DNA from: Eledone cirrhosa
Lineage: Eukaryota
DNA length: 64,000 nt
Assembly: GCA_964016885.1 (NCBI GenBank)
Contig: OZ024743.1
Location: 200,632,001-200,696,000, forward strand
Direction: 5' to 3'
A model generated the notes under the pieces. It did not search any database. It was not told the DNA's origin and saw nothing but the letters and a program-made list of their open reading frames with translations. The stretch's first letter is position 1. Every line of letters begins with the position of its first letter. Both the position numbers and the translations under genes were made by a program. Below, one piece after another: positions 48,375 to 62,459 of the stretch.

Positions 48375-48935
48375 ATCAAATTAGATAAAATGCAGTTTGG
48401 TTTTGTGCCAGGAAGGAACACCACATGCCCTCTTCTTAGTGAGACAACTACAAGGTCTATGCCAGTAAATCTAGCTTTTGTTGATCCAGAGAATATCTTT
48501 GACAGAATAACACAATCTGCTGTATGGTAGTCATTACAAAACTAGATGTAGATGAGTGGCTTGTGAGAACAGTGCAAAACATGTACACATATTTTGTCAG
48601 CAAAGTGCAAGTAGGTAATGAGTTTAAGGAGGTAATCAATGAGTATGTGTTCATCAAGGCTTTGTCCTCAGCCAACACTTGGTTAGGGTTAGGTTTTAAC
48701 AGTGGAATTTAAGACAGGCTGTCCACAGGAACTTCTGGATGCTGATGACTTGGCTTTTGTAGCTGAATCTATGGAAGAGTTAGAGAAAGAAAATCTAGAG
48801 GTGGAAACAAAACCGAGAAGCAAAAAGGTTTATAGTAAACTGAACAGAGGCCAGTTTTAATAAGTTGGAAAGAAGACACAACTAATACCATCAAGGAAAT
48901 GGTCATGTTTGATCTGCAGATAAGGAGTAGGTAAG
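48375..48935 (+). mobile_element. Degraded RTE-like RT fragment
   Basis: Broken motifs MQFGFVPGRNTT, AFVDPENIFDR, ADDLAFVAES. Confidence 0.6.
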
Positions 48936-49681
48936 AATTAGTGGTCATTATATTGTTGTTGTTTAGCCCCAGGTCAGCACTGATCAAACAGATATATGAT
49001 CTAAGTCATTCAAATCATAACCATATAATTTTTCTTTTTCTTTTTTTTTGTTTAATATTCAAACATTGGACTACTTTTTCTAAGGCACTACAGCATAATT
49101 TCATGGAGATTTGGCTGCTATTTCTAGCAAGCTGAACTATCACGTAGAGGCTTTTGGTAAAAGAGGAATGGATGGAGGTGTGTATGTGCATGTGTGTATG
49201 GAGGTGGGTGGTATTAAAAGTTTAGATTGTAGGATAAAATAAAAACAAAAGTAAGACTGTTAAATCTTTTATGCTACTAATGATCATGAGAGGAGAGGTG
49301 GGTAATCATTATGGGGAGGAGGGGAGAAGAGGAGGCTGAGCAGGCTATTGTTGATGTTGTTGCTTGATGATGGTCATTAAGTGTACAGGAATCTACAGTA
49401 GCATACTGGCCTAAATCTTTGTTTTGCTTATTGATGTTGTTGTTATTACTGTAATTTATAATTGGTATTGAAATATTCACTACCAACACCAACAACACTA
49501 ACAGCAGCAACAATAACAACAATACACACACACATTGAACTTGACAGAAAATATGTAAAATTTGATGAAGACTCTCTGTTCTACTCTGTTTGGTGTACTC
49601 AATAACCAGTGGCTCCTTGACAAAAAAATATACAAACATACATACATGTGTCTGAGCATGTGAGTGTGTGTGTGTATATAT

Positions 49682-49724
<43 letters not shown>

Positions 49725-50149
49725 ATATATACACATATGTATATATGCATGTCATATATACATATGTATATGCATATTATATATGTTTATATAATTATAA
49801 ATATGTATATATATATATACATATACGCACACATATATACACACACATATATACATACACACATATAGATACTCTCACACACACACACATATATGTAAAT
49901 GTTGGTATGTATACACACACACACATATATATATATATATAAATACACACACATATACATATATATATATATAAAGTACATATGTAAAGATAAGGATTCT
50001 GTCAAAGACATGACAAGGCAAGAAAGCAAAAATAAAACAATAAATAAAAGGAGGAAGGTGGGAGGAGAGACAAAGATGTGGGAAGAGAAAGAGGGAGCTT
50101 ATCTTGTTTTTATTATTTTTGTTACCTAGTTGGAGTAGTAATGATGGAA

Positions 50150-50172
50150 GTAGTGTTGCTGTTGTTGTGGTG

Positions 50173-50270
<98 letters not shown>

Positions 50271-50750
50271 GGTAGTGGTGATAGTAGTAGTGGTGGTGGT
50301 ACTAGTAGTGGTAGTAGTAGTAGTATCATTAACTGAAGGAGTTAAGCATTGTGTCTTGGGAACTGGAGCATTTAGTTTGGTTTTAGAACAGAAATCATGA
50401 TGATGGTGATGGTGATGATGGCGATGGTGATGATGGTGATGGTGAGAATGTAAGAATGATGGTGATGGCAATGCTGATAACAAATGATGATAATGACAAT
50501 GTGAGAATGTTGATGGATGGTGATGATGATGACAATGGTGACAATGATAACAGTGATGATGATAATGAGGATGTGAAGATGGATGGTGATGGTGAGGACA
50601 AATGATGATGATGACGAGAAGATAATGAAGAAGATGATGGTGATGATGGTGAGAGGATAATGAAGATGATGATGATAATAATGATGTTGATGATGATGAT
50701 GTGTATGTGATGTAGAGGTTGCTGATGAAGATGATTGTGGCGCTGATGAT
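50150..50750. repeat. Trinucleotide microsatellite cluster (GTA)n/(GGT)n/(GAT)n
   Basis: Directly visible. Confidence 0.9.
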
Positions 50751-51179
50751 TACAAAAAGGTTTTAGGGATCCTCACACACACACACACACACTTTATAAT
50801 ATAGAACAACCGTAAATGTAATAACAACAACAATGCACACACTGTAAATGTGGTTGGCGTTAGGGAGGGCATCTGGCCATAGAAACCAAGCCAGAAACAG
50901 TTCTGTGTGAGCATGTCTGGTCATCACCTGACCCAACATGCCTCAAACGGGACAACCCATCTAACCCATGCTAGTGTGGACAAAGGATGTTAAACGATGA
51001 TGATCATGATGATGATGATGATGATGAATAAACAGCTGTTGAACAGATGGAAATATGTACATGTGGTAATACTTGCTAATGTTATGTATGTGGTTATGTG
51101 CACACATGTGTGTATGTGAGTGTATATATGTGTGTGTATATATATATATATTTATATATATATGTATGTGTATATCTAT

Positions 51180-51264
<85 letters not shown>

Positions 51265-52294
51265 TGTGTATATGTGATTACGATGCACAATGGGAAAGAG
51301 ACAGAATTACAGAGGCTTGTTGTGTGTATGTTGAAGTGTGAAATGCTACCCAGTGCATCTCTTACACTTGATGAATGTCTGTTGAAAGTTACCCCCATAC
51401 AATGGCCTTTATGGAGCTTTAGATGATGGGAAAGAAGTCTCATTACTTTGATATTTCAATAGATCATACACAGTCAGAATGAGAGAATGTAGTGAGATAG
51501 CAGAAACAGATGAATGCTGGAATGCCCTATAGTATTTTGTTTTAATTCTCTATATCCCGTGTTCAAATCTAAGACTAGACAATTTAACCCTTTAGTATTT
51601 ATATTACTCTATATTTACTATTGCATTTTCACAGTAACTGCTTTATGTCACATAATTATTTCACATGATATCAAATCTATGAGATCATCATCATCATCAT
51701 CATTTCATTTTACGTCCACTTTTTCCCTGCTTGCAAGGGTGGGACGGGAACTGATTCTGGCTTGATTTCTACAGCTAGATGCCCTTCCTAACACCAACCT
51801 CATTTACAGTGAGTGCTGGATGCTTTTTTTGCCGTGGCACCTCCACGACCACTTTGCAGTGGAATGATATGGACCCCAGTCCCTATCACCTCATTTCTAC
51901 AGCTGAGTAAACTGGAGTAATGTGAAATAAAGTGTCTTGCTCAAGGAAACAACACATCACCCGGTCTGAGAATTGAACTCACAACCTTTTGAGTGCAAGG
52001 CCAATGCTCTAACCACTAAGCCATGTGCCTCCATTATGTTGATATTATTTATGTTGAGAACAATACCTTAACATCTGTATGAGTGGCCGGTTACGGCCAG
52101 TTTGAACAGAAAGAGGTGAAAGAATTCTGGCTGATTTAAATGCTAAATGGTTAAATTTCCTCCTTCAAAGTTGATAAAATTAAGACATTACAAAATGTAA
52201 CCTTTTTGATATCAACCTAACCAATGGTTATTACAGATATTTCCTGTATTTAGGATTCTCACATTTTCAAATACAGAGAGAGTATACAAGTGGC

Positions 52295-52680
52295 CAAAAT
52301 GGGTTTCCTCTGAAGGGTCTTTGGAGTAACGTTACTTGATAGAGTGCATAGCTTGGAGATCAGAGAGTCACTCCAGGCAGAGCCACTACTTCTCCGAATT
52401 GAGATCACAGCTCCAATACTATACTCATGTGGTTAGAATGTCTCAGGAAAGAATTGCTGGACAAATTTTACGGGCCAAACCAACCGACAGGAGACATAGG
52501 GGTACACCCCAAGCAAGATGGTTGGATAACTTCCATGAGCTTGGCTGGCCTCACTTGAGAATCCAGCTGGATCAGTTGGAGATAGTTGCTTCTGACAGGA
52601 CCTACTGGGAGGAGTGTTTGCAAACTCTGCCCCCACAACCTTCTCAAGAATAAGTGGAAGAAGAAGGAGAGAGAGAGAGA
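52295..52680 (+). mobile_element. RTE-clade LINE 3' end with (GAA)/(GA) tail
   Basis: RSQLQYYTHVVRMSQERIAGQIL..RRHRGTPQARWLD..DRTYW resembles an RTE ORF2 C-terminus. Confidence 0.7.
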
Positions 52681-52964
52681 GATATCACGTCTACAAGACT
52701 AGAACAGTTACATTCATATGAAATCATCATTTCCTGATGATTTCATCCTAATAGAACAGTTCTAGTTATGTAGAAGTCATTTCTATATATAATAAAGATG
52801 CCTATACACATATATATATATACACATCTAGAAATCAAGCCAAAATCAGGTCTGTATGAGCAAGACATGGTCACCTGAACTGCCATTGCCCATAACAGGA
52901 CAACTCGTCTAACCCATGCGAGCATGGAAGAATGGACGTAAAATGGTGATGATGACACACACAC

Positions 52965-53003
<39 letters not shown>

Positions 53004-53289
53004 CATATATATATATGTATATACTGGCTTATGGTAGAACCAATAATGTTAGAACTCCATGTAGTCTTGAAGAAATAATTCTGAGATCAAGTGATGAGAA
53101 TTATTGTTTTTGTAGTAGGCTTTCATCAGATTACCTTGCGCATTCTAAACAATCTACAGAGTCATATATATGTGTTGAACAATGGAAACAAAAGGATTGG
53201 TGTTTAATCAAATCATTGTTTTGAACAGATTAAACACCAATCTTCACCTTTTGCTTTCGTTGTTCAATATATATATATATATTTATATA

Positions 53290-53527
53290 TATCACAGAAA
53301 AAAAGAGAATCTGTGTTGCGACGAATGGAATTTATTGGACATATTACAATCGTTTCTCTGGCGACCAGCTTGAGGCACGATCGATGTGATGATCAAACCT
53401 GACTCTGAAAATCGCAAGGTCCTCAAATATGTTTTGATTCTAAGAAGCAGATTTTCCAGAGAAACGATTGTAATACGTCCAATAAATTCCATTTGTCGCA
53501 ACACTGACTCTCTTTTTTTCTGTGATA
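53290..53527. mobile_element. Foldback/MITE with ~72-bp inverted arms
   Basis: 53290-53361 is near reverse complement of 53456-53527. Confidence 0.8.
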
Positions 53528-53760
53528 TCATACTATGCTCTATGAGAGCATCGAGTGCTCAAACGGCCTACCACAAATGGACGCTTTAAACATCCAACAC
53601 CAATTATATATATATACATTTAGGTTTGTTGGTTCACCACTGGATAGAACTGATCATTCCGTATAGTCAACCTTGATGTAATATTAGGGAGAACACTCGA
53701 TGTAATGCAACTCACCCGTCTTCATTTGTGTTGTTGGTGGTGCGAGTACGGAGTTAGTTA

Positions 53761-53944
53761 TTATAAAATAACAGGAGGCTGGACTGGTGTAATTCCTCGT
53801 CTCTCTGCTTTTTCAGCTCCATGGATTGTGTCTATTATATTCCTTTGATGTCACCGGATTCATACTAAACCCAGTCATTAAAATGTTCATAGTATAATAA
53901 ACCTTTAAGGAATTACACCAGTCCAGCATCCTGTTATTTCATAA
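53761..53944. mobile_element. MITE with ~37-bp inverted arms
   Basis: AATAACAGGAGGCTGGACTGGTGTAATTCCT / AGGAATTACACCAGTCCAGCATCCTGTTATT. Confidence 0.75.
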
Positions 53945-56188
53945 TATATATATACATATAATCAGAAACATAGTTAATAAGGTTGAAACTGCAATAAGGG
54001 AAATTAATCTGAGTGTAAATATCTTTAAGCTTATTTTGCTCATGTCTACCCTTGTTTTGGAATTCAAAACATAAGTTATTAAATTGTTTATATATATATA
54101 TATATATATATCATCGTTTTTATGTTCGCTTCTCCATGCTTGCATGGGTTGGATGGGTCCTTCTCAGCACAGCATCTCTCCTCTTTTTGCATTATCATCA
54201 TCATCATCGTTTAACGTCCATCTTCCACACTAGCATGGATGGATATATATATATTTTTTTTTCTCATCTATAGGGGTATTTTACCCAATTTTGTAAGCTA
54301 TTATTTATAGCAATTGACTGCGTTTTCAGTTATTTTCTCCATTTGGGATTTCAACATTTTCTAAGAATAGGACCTTGACCACTGGCGTCACGCAGTAATA
54401 CAGAAGACCTGACTTCCCACGGAAACAAGCCGAAGCCGAAGCATATAGGCAATATGCTCCCATCCCCTCACACTGCAAAGTGGTCATGGAGGTGTCACGG
54501 TAAAAAAGCACCCAGACCACACGGTAAAGTGGACGTGTAGGCGCCATGGAAAAAGCACCCAGCACTCACTTGTAATGAGGTTGGTGTTAGGAAGGGCATC
54601 CAGCTGTAGAAATCAAGCCAACATCAGTTCCCGTATGATCAAGAGAAGGTCAGCCGATCTAACATTGCCCACAACAAGACATCCCGTCTAACCCATTCTC
54701 GCGTGGAAGAATCGACGTAAAACGGTGATGATGATTATATATATATATAGATGATGATGATGATGATAGATAGATAGATATTTAAGTTGTTACAATGCTA
54801 AGGTAGAAGACACTTATCCAAGGTGTGACAGAGTTGTATCAAACACATAACCATGTGGTTGTAAACTGAACATCTTAATCACAGTCATGGAAGAAACTGT
54901 ATTTTCTTCACTGATTGAAATTGTATAAAAGAAGAAGAGAGAGCTAAAGCTAGTATAAGAAGAGAAACACTAGGAACTATTGTCTGTTTAGTAATGCATA
55001 CATTTGTTCAGAACAAAGACATATTTGTAAGAGTGCCAAACAAATAACAATATTATATATCAAGGGAGGCTGTACTGTGTCCTCATCATCTTCAGTAAAA
55101 CAGAGCAAAGTGTAACTATAGTGTATATAACTTTGAATGGTTTAACAGTAATCTAACTGATGTTTTAATGAGATAAACACCACAAGTCTTCCCAATGAAA
55201 AGGATTATTATACTTGGTGATTGTGTGTGTGATGATGAGAAGGATGAGGAGGTTGGTTTACAGCAAGGTGCGTCAAATAAACATTGTGTAGGTTGAATAT
55301 GTTTTGTTTCTGTTATATGACTTCGAGTTCACAAGACAACATCAACCGATGACCTTTTAGCAGACATTCCATGTGTACCTAACCAAACGTCAATGACTGA
55401 AGGAAGACAGTGTTTCTATGCCTGTCTCTGGCACTCATAACAGCAACTAGTTATAACTTTTCATATTGTAGATAATACTTAAAAAACAAAGAGGCATATA
55501 ATTTATGTGCGTATCTGAGTATATATGTATAATATGTAGTGGTTCAACAAAATATATACCATCATCATCACTGTTTAACGTCCATTTTTCCTTGCTAGCA
55601 TGGGTTAGACGAGTTATCCTGTTGTAAGAAATGCCAGGTCAGGTGACCATGTTGAGCTCATACAGAACTCATACAGAATTCTGGCTTGGTTTCTACAGTT
55701 GAATGCCCTTCCAAATGCCAACCTCATTTACAGTGTGGACTGGGTGTTTTTTTTGTTGTGACACCTACACAACCACTTTACAGTTTGGGCTGGGTGCTTT
55801 TTGCAGTGTCGCCATCACAAACACTTTACAGGCTTGAAATTTAAATACTGGGGTTTATCATACCAACTAAAAGTTGTGGTGCTCTAGAAATGGCTTACAG
55901 TACAATGACTGAAACCAGTGAAAAAGTAAGAGTCCTGATAGTCGTTGAGCAGAGAGTTTAAGCAATCACTCAACCTACTAGAAATGGTAATCAAAATCTC
56001 TTTCCAATCACTTTGTATGGTCTTTAAAATGAAAGTCATCATCATCATCATCATCTTCGTTTAACGTCCATTTTCCACGCTAGCTTGGGTTAGACGTATA
56101 CATCAATTAATGTAGTCTTAGATATATTGTGTCTGAATAAAAGATGGGATCATAATGGACTGAATGTACAATCAGAGCTGAGATGGGG

Positions 56189-56472
56189 AAGAGTTAGATT
56201 TAGACCTTGTGGAGCCCAGGGCACTTCAGGTTTGGCAGGGCCCTCATACACAAAAAAATAGAATACACAGCAACTCCCCCCAATTTTACATAGTTAGCTT
56301 GGTGCAAGTAATTATACATACAAGTATTAAATTCAAAAATTCTAACCATCCTAAAACTAAAAAGCCCAGCTGAGGGCACAAATACATTGCTACAGCTGTC
56401 ACTGGGGGAAGCCCCCACAGCAGAGGGTCTGGGACAATTTCCCCCTTTGTTCCCCCATTAAATCCTTTCCTG
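56189..56472. mobile_element. hAT-like MITE
   Basis: 8-bp flanks AGATGGGG/AGGTGGGG; ends similar to 41688-41833. Confidence 0.65.
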
Positions 56473-56778
56473 AGGTGGGGAAAAACAACAAGAAAGGATA
56501 TTTGTTTAATTGATAACCCATGCCAGAATGGAAAACATTGATATGGAGATGACAATGATATGATGAAGACATAAGAGAGATAGATTTTAACCATTTTCTT
56601 ACCAACCTGGCCAAAACTGACTCAAGTTCTATGAAACAAAACCACAAATTTTCAAGTGTATTTATTTAAATTAAAATCTTCAAACATAATTTAATATAAG
56701 AATTATATGTTAAGTCATTATTTTTGTTATGAAATAATTAATAATTTTAATAAATTTATCCAAATTATTTACTAATTA

Positions 56779-56931
56779 CCGTATTTCCCAGCATCGAAGA
56801 TGCTATTTGTTTCCTAAAATACTATGTGTTCTGGAGGCTGAAGGTTGTTTATTATTTTTTTTCAAATTTTTGGTTGTTAAAATTAGGGTGCATCCTCGAG
56901 GACGAAGCGTCTTCAGGGCCAGGAAATACGG
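56779..56931. mobile_element. TA-flanked Tc1/mariner-pogo-type MITE nested inside a TTAA MITE
   Basis: TIRs CCGTATTTCC/GGAAATACGG with TA duplication. Confidence 0.75.
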
Positions 56932-57155
56932 TAATACAAATAGTGTATATATTTCATTAGAAATAATGTCACAACAGCGTTAATATAGGACCAAAAGAGA
57001 TAAAACTAGATTGTATGAAGCATCTAGTGTGGTGCTCTTTGAAAAGAAAATCTAAGTAATTGTAAGATTAATGCGAATTATTAAGAAAAATATTTCAATA
57101 TAAAATGAAGAATACACAATAAAAAACTAAATATCAAAGAAATAAAAAAACACAC

Positions 57156-57198
57156 CTGTTTGTAGATGATGTTTTGGCAGGACTCAGAATTTCTGGGG
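57156..57198 (-). CDS. ALKBH8: ALKBH8 43-nt micro-exon (linker, TPEILSPAKTSSTN)
   Basis: tttgcag|...AACAG|GTGTGT; bridges the phase-1 donor at 62460 and the phase-2 acceptor at 48291 with no stop. Confidence 0.65.
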
Positions 57199-58189
57199 CT
57201 GCAAACATAAATGAGAAAAATTGATAAAGCTTGTTTTAATAGAGTTTGTTACAACAGAACTTGTTAAACACTTTAGCATTTACATTAATCTATGTTTACT
57301 ATTATATTTTCACGGTAAAGGCTTTACCTCACATAATTATCTCACATAATATCAAACATATGAGATTTTGATATTATTTCTTATAAGAACAATACCTTAA
57401 CATCAGTATGAGTGGCTGGTTACAGCCAGTTTGAACAGAAAGAGCTGAGAGAATTCTGGCCAGATATGGCTAGTATAAATGCTAAAGGGTTAAACAATTA
57501 TACAACATAGATATATGTTCAGGCAAAAAGTAATATGATTTGATGATGACTACAACCCACAGCAGAAGTTGACTGCGAAATATTTAGGAGGGGAATGTGA
57601 AAGTTTTTGATGAGTGTTTACAGACAGAGATAATGTAGAAATAAGATACATACTAACACATAAAAACATGTTAAAACTATAAGTATGATAATAAACAGAT
57701 TGGTAACTTTTTAACCCTATAGCATTTACATCACTCTATATCTACTATTGTATTTTCATGGTAAAGGCATTATCTCAAATAATATCTCACATAATATCGA
57801 ATCTATGAGATTTTGATATTATTCATTTTGAGAATAACACCTTAACATCAGTATGAGTGGCAAGTTATGGCCGGTTTCAACAGAAAGAGGTGAGACAATT
57901 CTTAACGTAATCCTCAAGGAGATCCAGTATTCCACAGTGTGACAAGTCTGGCCCTTCGAACGACAAGTACAGTCCATCCTACAGGCTTTCAAACAATTTC
58001 CTCCTACTAAATTCCATTCACAAGGCATGGGTCAACTTGAGTTTATGGTAAATGACACTTGCTCAAGATGTCACACAGTGGGATTAAACCCAGCAGCTAC
58101 GGTGTGTCCACTTAATACAGATAAGGAGATATTGGATAACATAGTAATAGATATATTATGTCTGGGGGACAAAAGAAAGGAAGGTCATG

Positions 58190-58514
58190 GCTGGAATGTC
58201 TTTAAGCAAAGATCTGCTCTATTAGGGCTAAGCTGGGGCTAAACAATAACAGCAGCAACAACAACGAATTAAGATATGTCTGTAGTTAGCAAATAGAAAC
58301 CATACCAAATACAGAGCCTATGAACAAGATAAGGACTCTCTGACCCATGTTGTTCATATAAGGGATTGTCATCGCTGGAATGTCTTTAAGCAAAGATCTG
58401 CTCCATTAGGGCTAAACAATAACAATGAATTAAGATATGTCTATATTTAGCAAATAGAAACCTTACCAAATACAGAGCCGATGAACAAGATAAGGTCTCT
58501 CTGACCCATCTTGT
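58190..58514. repeat. Local tandem duplication (~58190-58354 and ~58374-58514)
   Basis: Shared GCTGGAATGTCTTTAAGCAAAGATCTGCTC...GAACAAGATAAGG..CTCTCTGACCCAT. Confidence 0.85.
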
Positions 58515-58745
58515 CATGGACCATGACAAACAGTCAAATCCATGCAGCATGGAAAATGGACATTAACTGATGACGACGACAATGATGATGATGATGATAA
58601 TGGATCATTCATTTTTATTTCAAATAAATGCATAATTATATTTGTGTAGGTATGCATGTGTGTGTGTGTGTGTGAGTGTATGCATGTATGTATGTGTGTG
58701 TGTCTTTATGCGTTTTTGTATATATGTGCACATTTATATTTGCAC

Positions 58746-58791
<46 letters not shown>

Positions 58792-61044
58792 ATGTTTGTG
58801 ACTGTATGTGTGCATGTGCTTGTGCCTGTACATGTGCATGTGTTTGTGACAGTATGTGCGCATGTGTTTGCACCTGTATGTGTGTGTGTGTTTGTGACAG
58901 TATGTGCACATGTGTTTGTGCCTGTATGTGTGTGTTTATATTAGTGCATCAATTCAATTCTGACTCATTAGTTGGTTATAAAGCATTAACCCAGAGAACT
59001 TACTAAAAGAATTAAAAACAAAAGACTTTCAAGGTAAAACTAACAAACTAATCAGGTGCTTTAGTGCAAAGCAATTGTCCCACTTGTTTTTTATGATCAA
59101 AAATATTCTTAGCTTAAATGCTAGCTGAGATATTAACACTTTTTATGTAGATTCCCAAGAACACAATTCACAAGAAGAGATACATGTGTAAAAACATTAA
59201 ATTATAATCATGGAAAGAAAAATAAAAGTAAATAAGAAAATATAATAAAAGAGGATCTTTGACTTCAAATGGGTCTAAAGTTGATACTATGTATGAAAGG
59301 ACAGTGCACTACGGGATGATCAAACGCAAGGAGGACCCCAAAGGTCTGTATTTAGAATAACATACAACATACTTAAAGATTATGACTATAAGTCTCTATA
59401 CAGTGAGCTTCAATTATGAAAGAGAGAAGACAAAGTAACAAAGGAAGGAAGAAAAGAAAGAAAAGTGACTGGTGTGAGTTTGGGGGGTTTGGGGGGTAAA
59501 ATGTCCTCAGATTTACTGATGCAAGACAAATTGTCTGTGTGTTTTTTTTAGAAATATGAAGAGACAATTCAGTGCAAATTATTAGAATTAGAACTGTCAA
59601 AATACTTGACTGTACTAAATAACTTGTAGATTTCTTTGTGTAAAGAAACAATATTTGAAACCTATTTAATCCTTTCCTTACCATATTTCTAAAGAAAATC
59701 ACTGCCAATGGTTTTCAAATTATGTTCTACACCTGCTCTCCCAGTCCACCCTGTAAGGTGGTCATGCTGGTACTGCAACAAAAAGCACCCAGTCTACCCT
59801 GTAAGGTGGTCGTGCTGGTGCCACAACAAAAAAGCACCCAGTCCACTCTGTAAAGTGGTAGTGGTAGTACCATAATAAAAAATCTTCCAGTACATAATTG
59901 TTTCTACTTGTGGCACAAGGCCAGCAATTACCCAGTGTATTACTGGTACTTTATTTTATCGACCCCGTAAGGATGAAAGCAAAGTTAACCTCGGCAGGAC
60001 AGTACATAATGTAATGTGATTGGCATTACAAAGGGCATAGAAAAGCCATCAAAAGCAAGCCCCAAACAGATCTGTATGAGCAAGATTTGGTCTTCTGACC
60101 TGGCTAGCATCAACCTGTCCAACCCATGCAAGCTTGAAAAATAGATGTTAAATGGTGATGTTGATGTTGAATACAATCAAAAAGTAGGAGGGATTTAGTA
60201 ATATAATTAACTTTCTCATGATTAAGCTGATATTTGGAGCATGACATAACACAGGCTCTTATGCAGAATTAGGATGGAAGGTTTTTAGATAAACTTAAGC
60301 ACTTTAAAATAAACAATTCTAAATCATAGAACCAAGGGCAACTTCAGGTTGTTTGATATCAAAAGGGTTAATAGCTACTAATAGAATTTGAAGGATTTAT
60401 TATAAAAGTAAGGCAATTGCATCCATGAATCTAAGGTATATAGTATGAGTTTTACTGTATGTATATATGTGCTTTTATATTTGTCTGTGCACAATTTATC
60501 TATGCACATGCATATGTATGTGAATCTATATTAGTGTTATATGTGTCCACGTGTATGACTGTATGCATTTATGGAAGTATGTGTGTATTTATATTTGTGT
60601 GTGCACACTTGTATGTGTTTGTCTATGTAAGTGTGTATATATATATATATTTATTGTGTATTTGCACATGGGTGTTTCTGAGCCAGTATGTATTTATTAT
60701 GCATGTGAGGTGTATGGCTTACAATCGTAAGGTTGTGAGTTTGATTTTTTGCAAGGCATTGTGTCCTTGCAAAAGACACTTAATTTCATGTTGCTTCAGT
60801 CCACTCAGCTGGAATAAATGAGTTGTACTTGGAAATCAAAAGGCTAGCATTGTCACATACTGTATCACACTAAATCTCCCTGAGAATTAAATCAAGGAAG
60901 AAATGTCAGTGGAATGCTCAGACACATGTACATTAATTTCAGTAGCAGGCTGTTCTATTGTTTGAACAATAAACAGTTGGCAGCAGAACCAACACATGTT
61001 CAACAACAATAACTAGATACATATGATTTATGTATGGGTTATGG

Positions 61045-61103
<59 letters not shown>

Positions 61104-61113
61104 CCCATAACCC

Positions 61114-61177
<64 letters not shown>

Positions 61178-62459
61178 CATGATGCACTTACAAGTAACAG
61201 AACAGAATAAAAGAATTAGAATGGCATTTATAAAAGATATTTCTTTTCCATAAAACAGACCTCAAAATCGTAGGCCCATGCCTAAAATGTTTTCTCTTTT
61301 CTGCTCTTACTATACTCAATACAACATATATTCTGACTGTCACACAACATACATGTGAACCAATGAAGGACACTTTATGCGGCTTCTAGATTTATAGAAA
61401 AAATAACAGCTAAATGTCCCTACCATCTCAAAAAATAAACTGTGCATTGGATAATGTAGACATAAATACACAATAAAAAAAATTGTGTTGTCATAGCTGG
61501 AATACTGTTGATCAGACTGTTCAATCAGGACTGGCCTGAGTTTAAACAAAAACAACATGACTATCAGGCGTTATCTTACACAAGATGACTTGAGTGCAGC
61601 AGTCATCCGGCGTAATATTCCTTGATTGTGACATTGTCCCACACAACAAACAATCTTACTATCACACAACATGCCTTGAATGTCTTACAAACTTTGGGTT
61701 TCATTCACAAACATTTGATCAGTTAGCAATCAATGTAATATAAGTCTGTTTAACCCCTTCGATATTAACTTGTCTAAAACCACTCTTGGTTTCACGATAC
61801 AGAACTGTTTACGTTAAAGTGTTTATCAACTTGCCTGAATATGTCCTGAATATGGTTTTATGAAAGAACTATTTATTTTAAAATGTTCATATTTAAATTA
61901 AAACCTTCCATTGTTTTATGTAAGAGCCTTTTATTAAGTAATGTTACAGACATTTTCAAAATTAAATTAAATACTCAGACAAAATATTTTATTATTATTA
62001 TAAATATGGAAACAAAAGAGGTGAAAATACAATAGCATATAGTGAGTAATGTGAATGCTATGAAAGGCTGGTTACAGCCAGTTTGAACAGAAAGAGGTGA
62101 GAGAATTCTGGCTAGATACGACCAGTTTAAATGCTAAAGGGTCAAAGTAGTTCTGAAGAAAAGTCAGCACATGACACAGCATGTAAGCAAGTACAACTCA
62201 TTTTTGCCAGCTGAATAGACTGGAGTAAGGTGAAATAAAATGTTTCACTCAAGGACACAATAATTCACTGGGAATTGAACTCATGACCTTACAATCACAA
62301 GCTGAACATGCTAACCACTATGCCATGTAACTTCACCAAACAACAATATCAATAACAACCTAATCCTAGAGATTTAAAACCATGATGTGTTCATTGAAAT
62401 ACAAATATTTACTAAAATAACAACAGTAGTGGCTTTAAAATTGCAGTGTTTATACTTAC

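Noticed and set aside
62374-62459. C-terminal extension KYKHCNFK... of ORF 62374-62679 as coding sequence
   Set aside because: Lies beyond a consensus GTAAGT donor and has no recognisable ALKBH8 similarity; intron read-through
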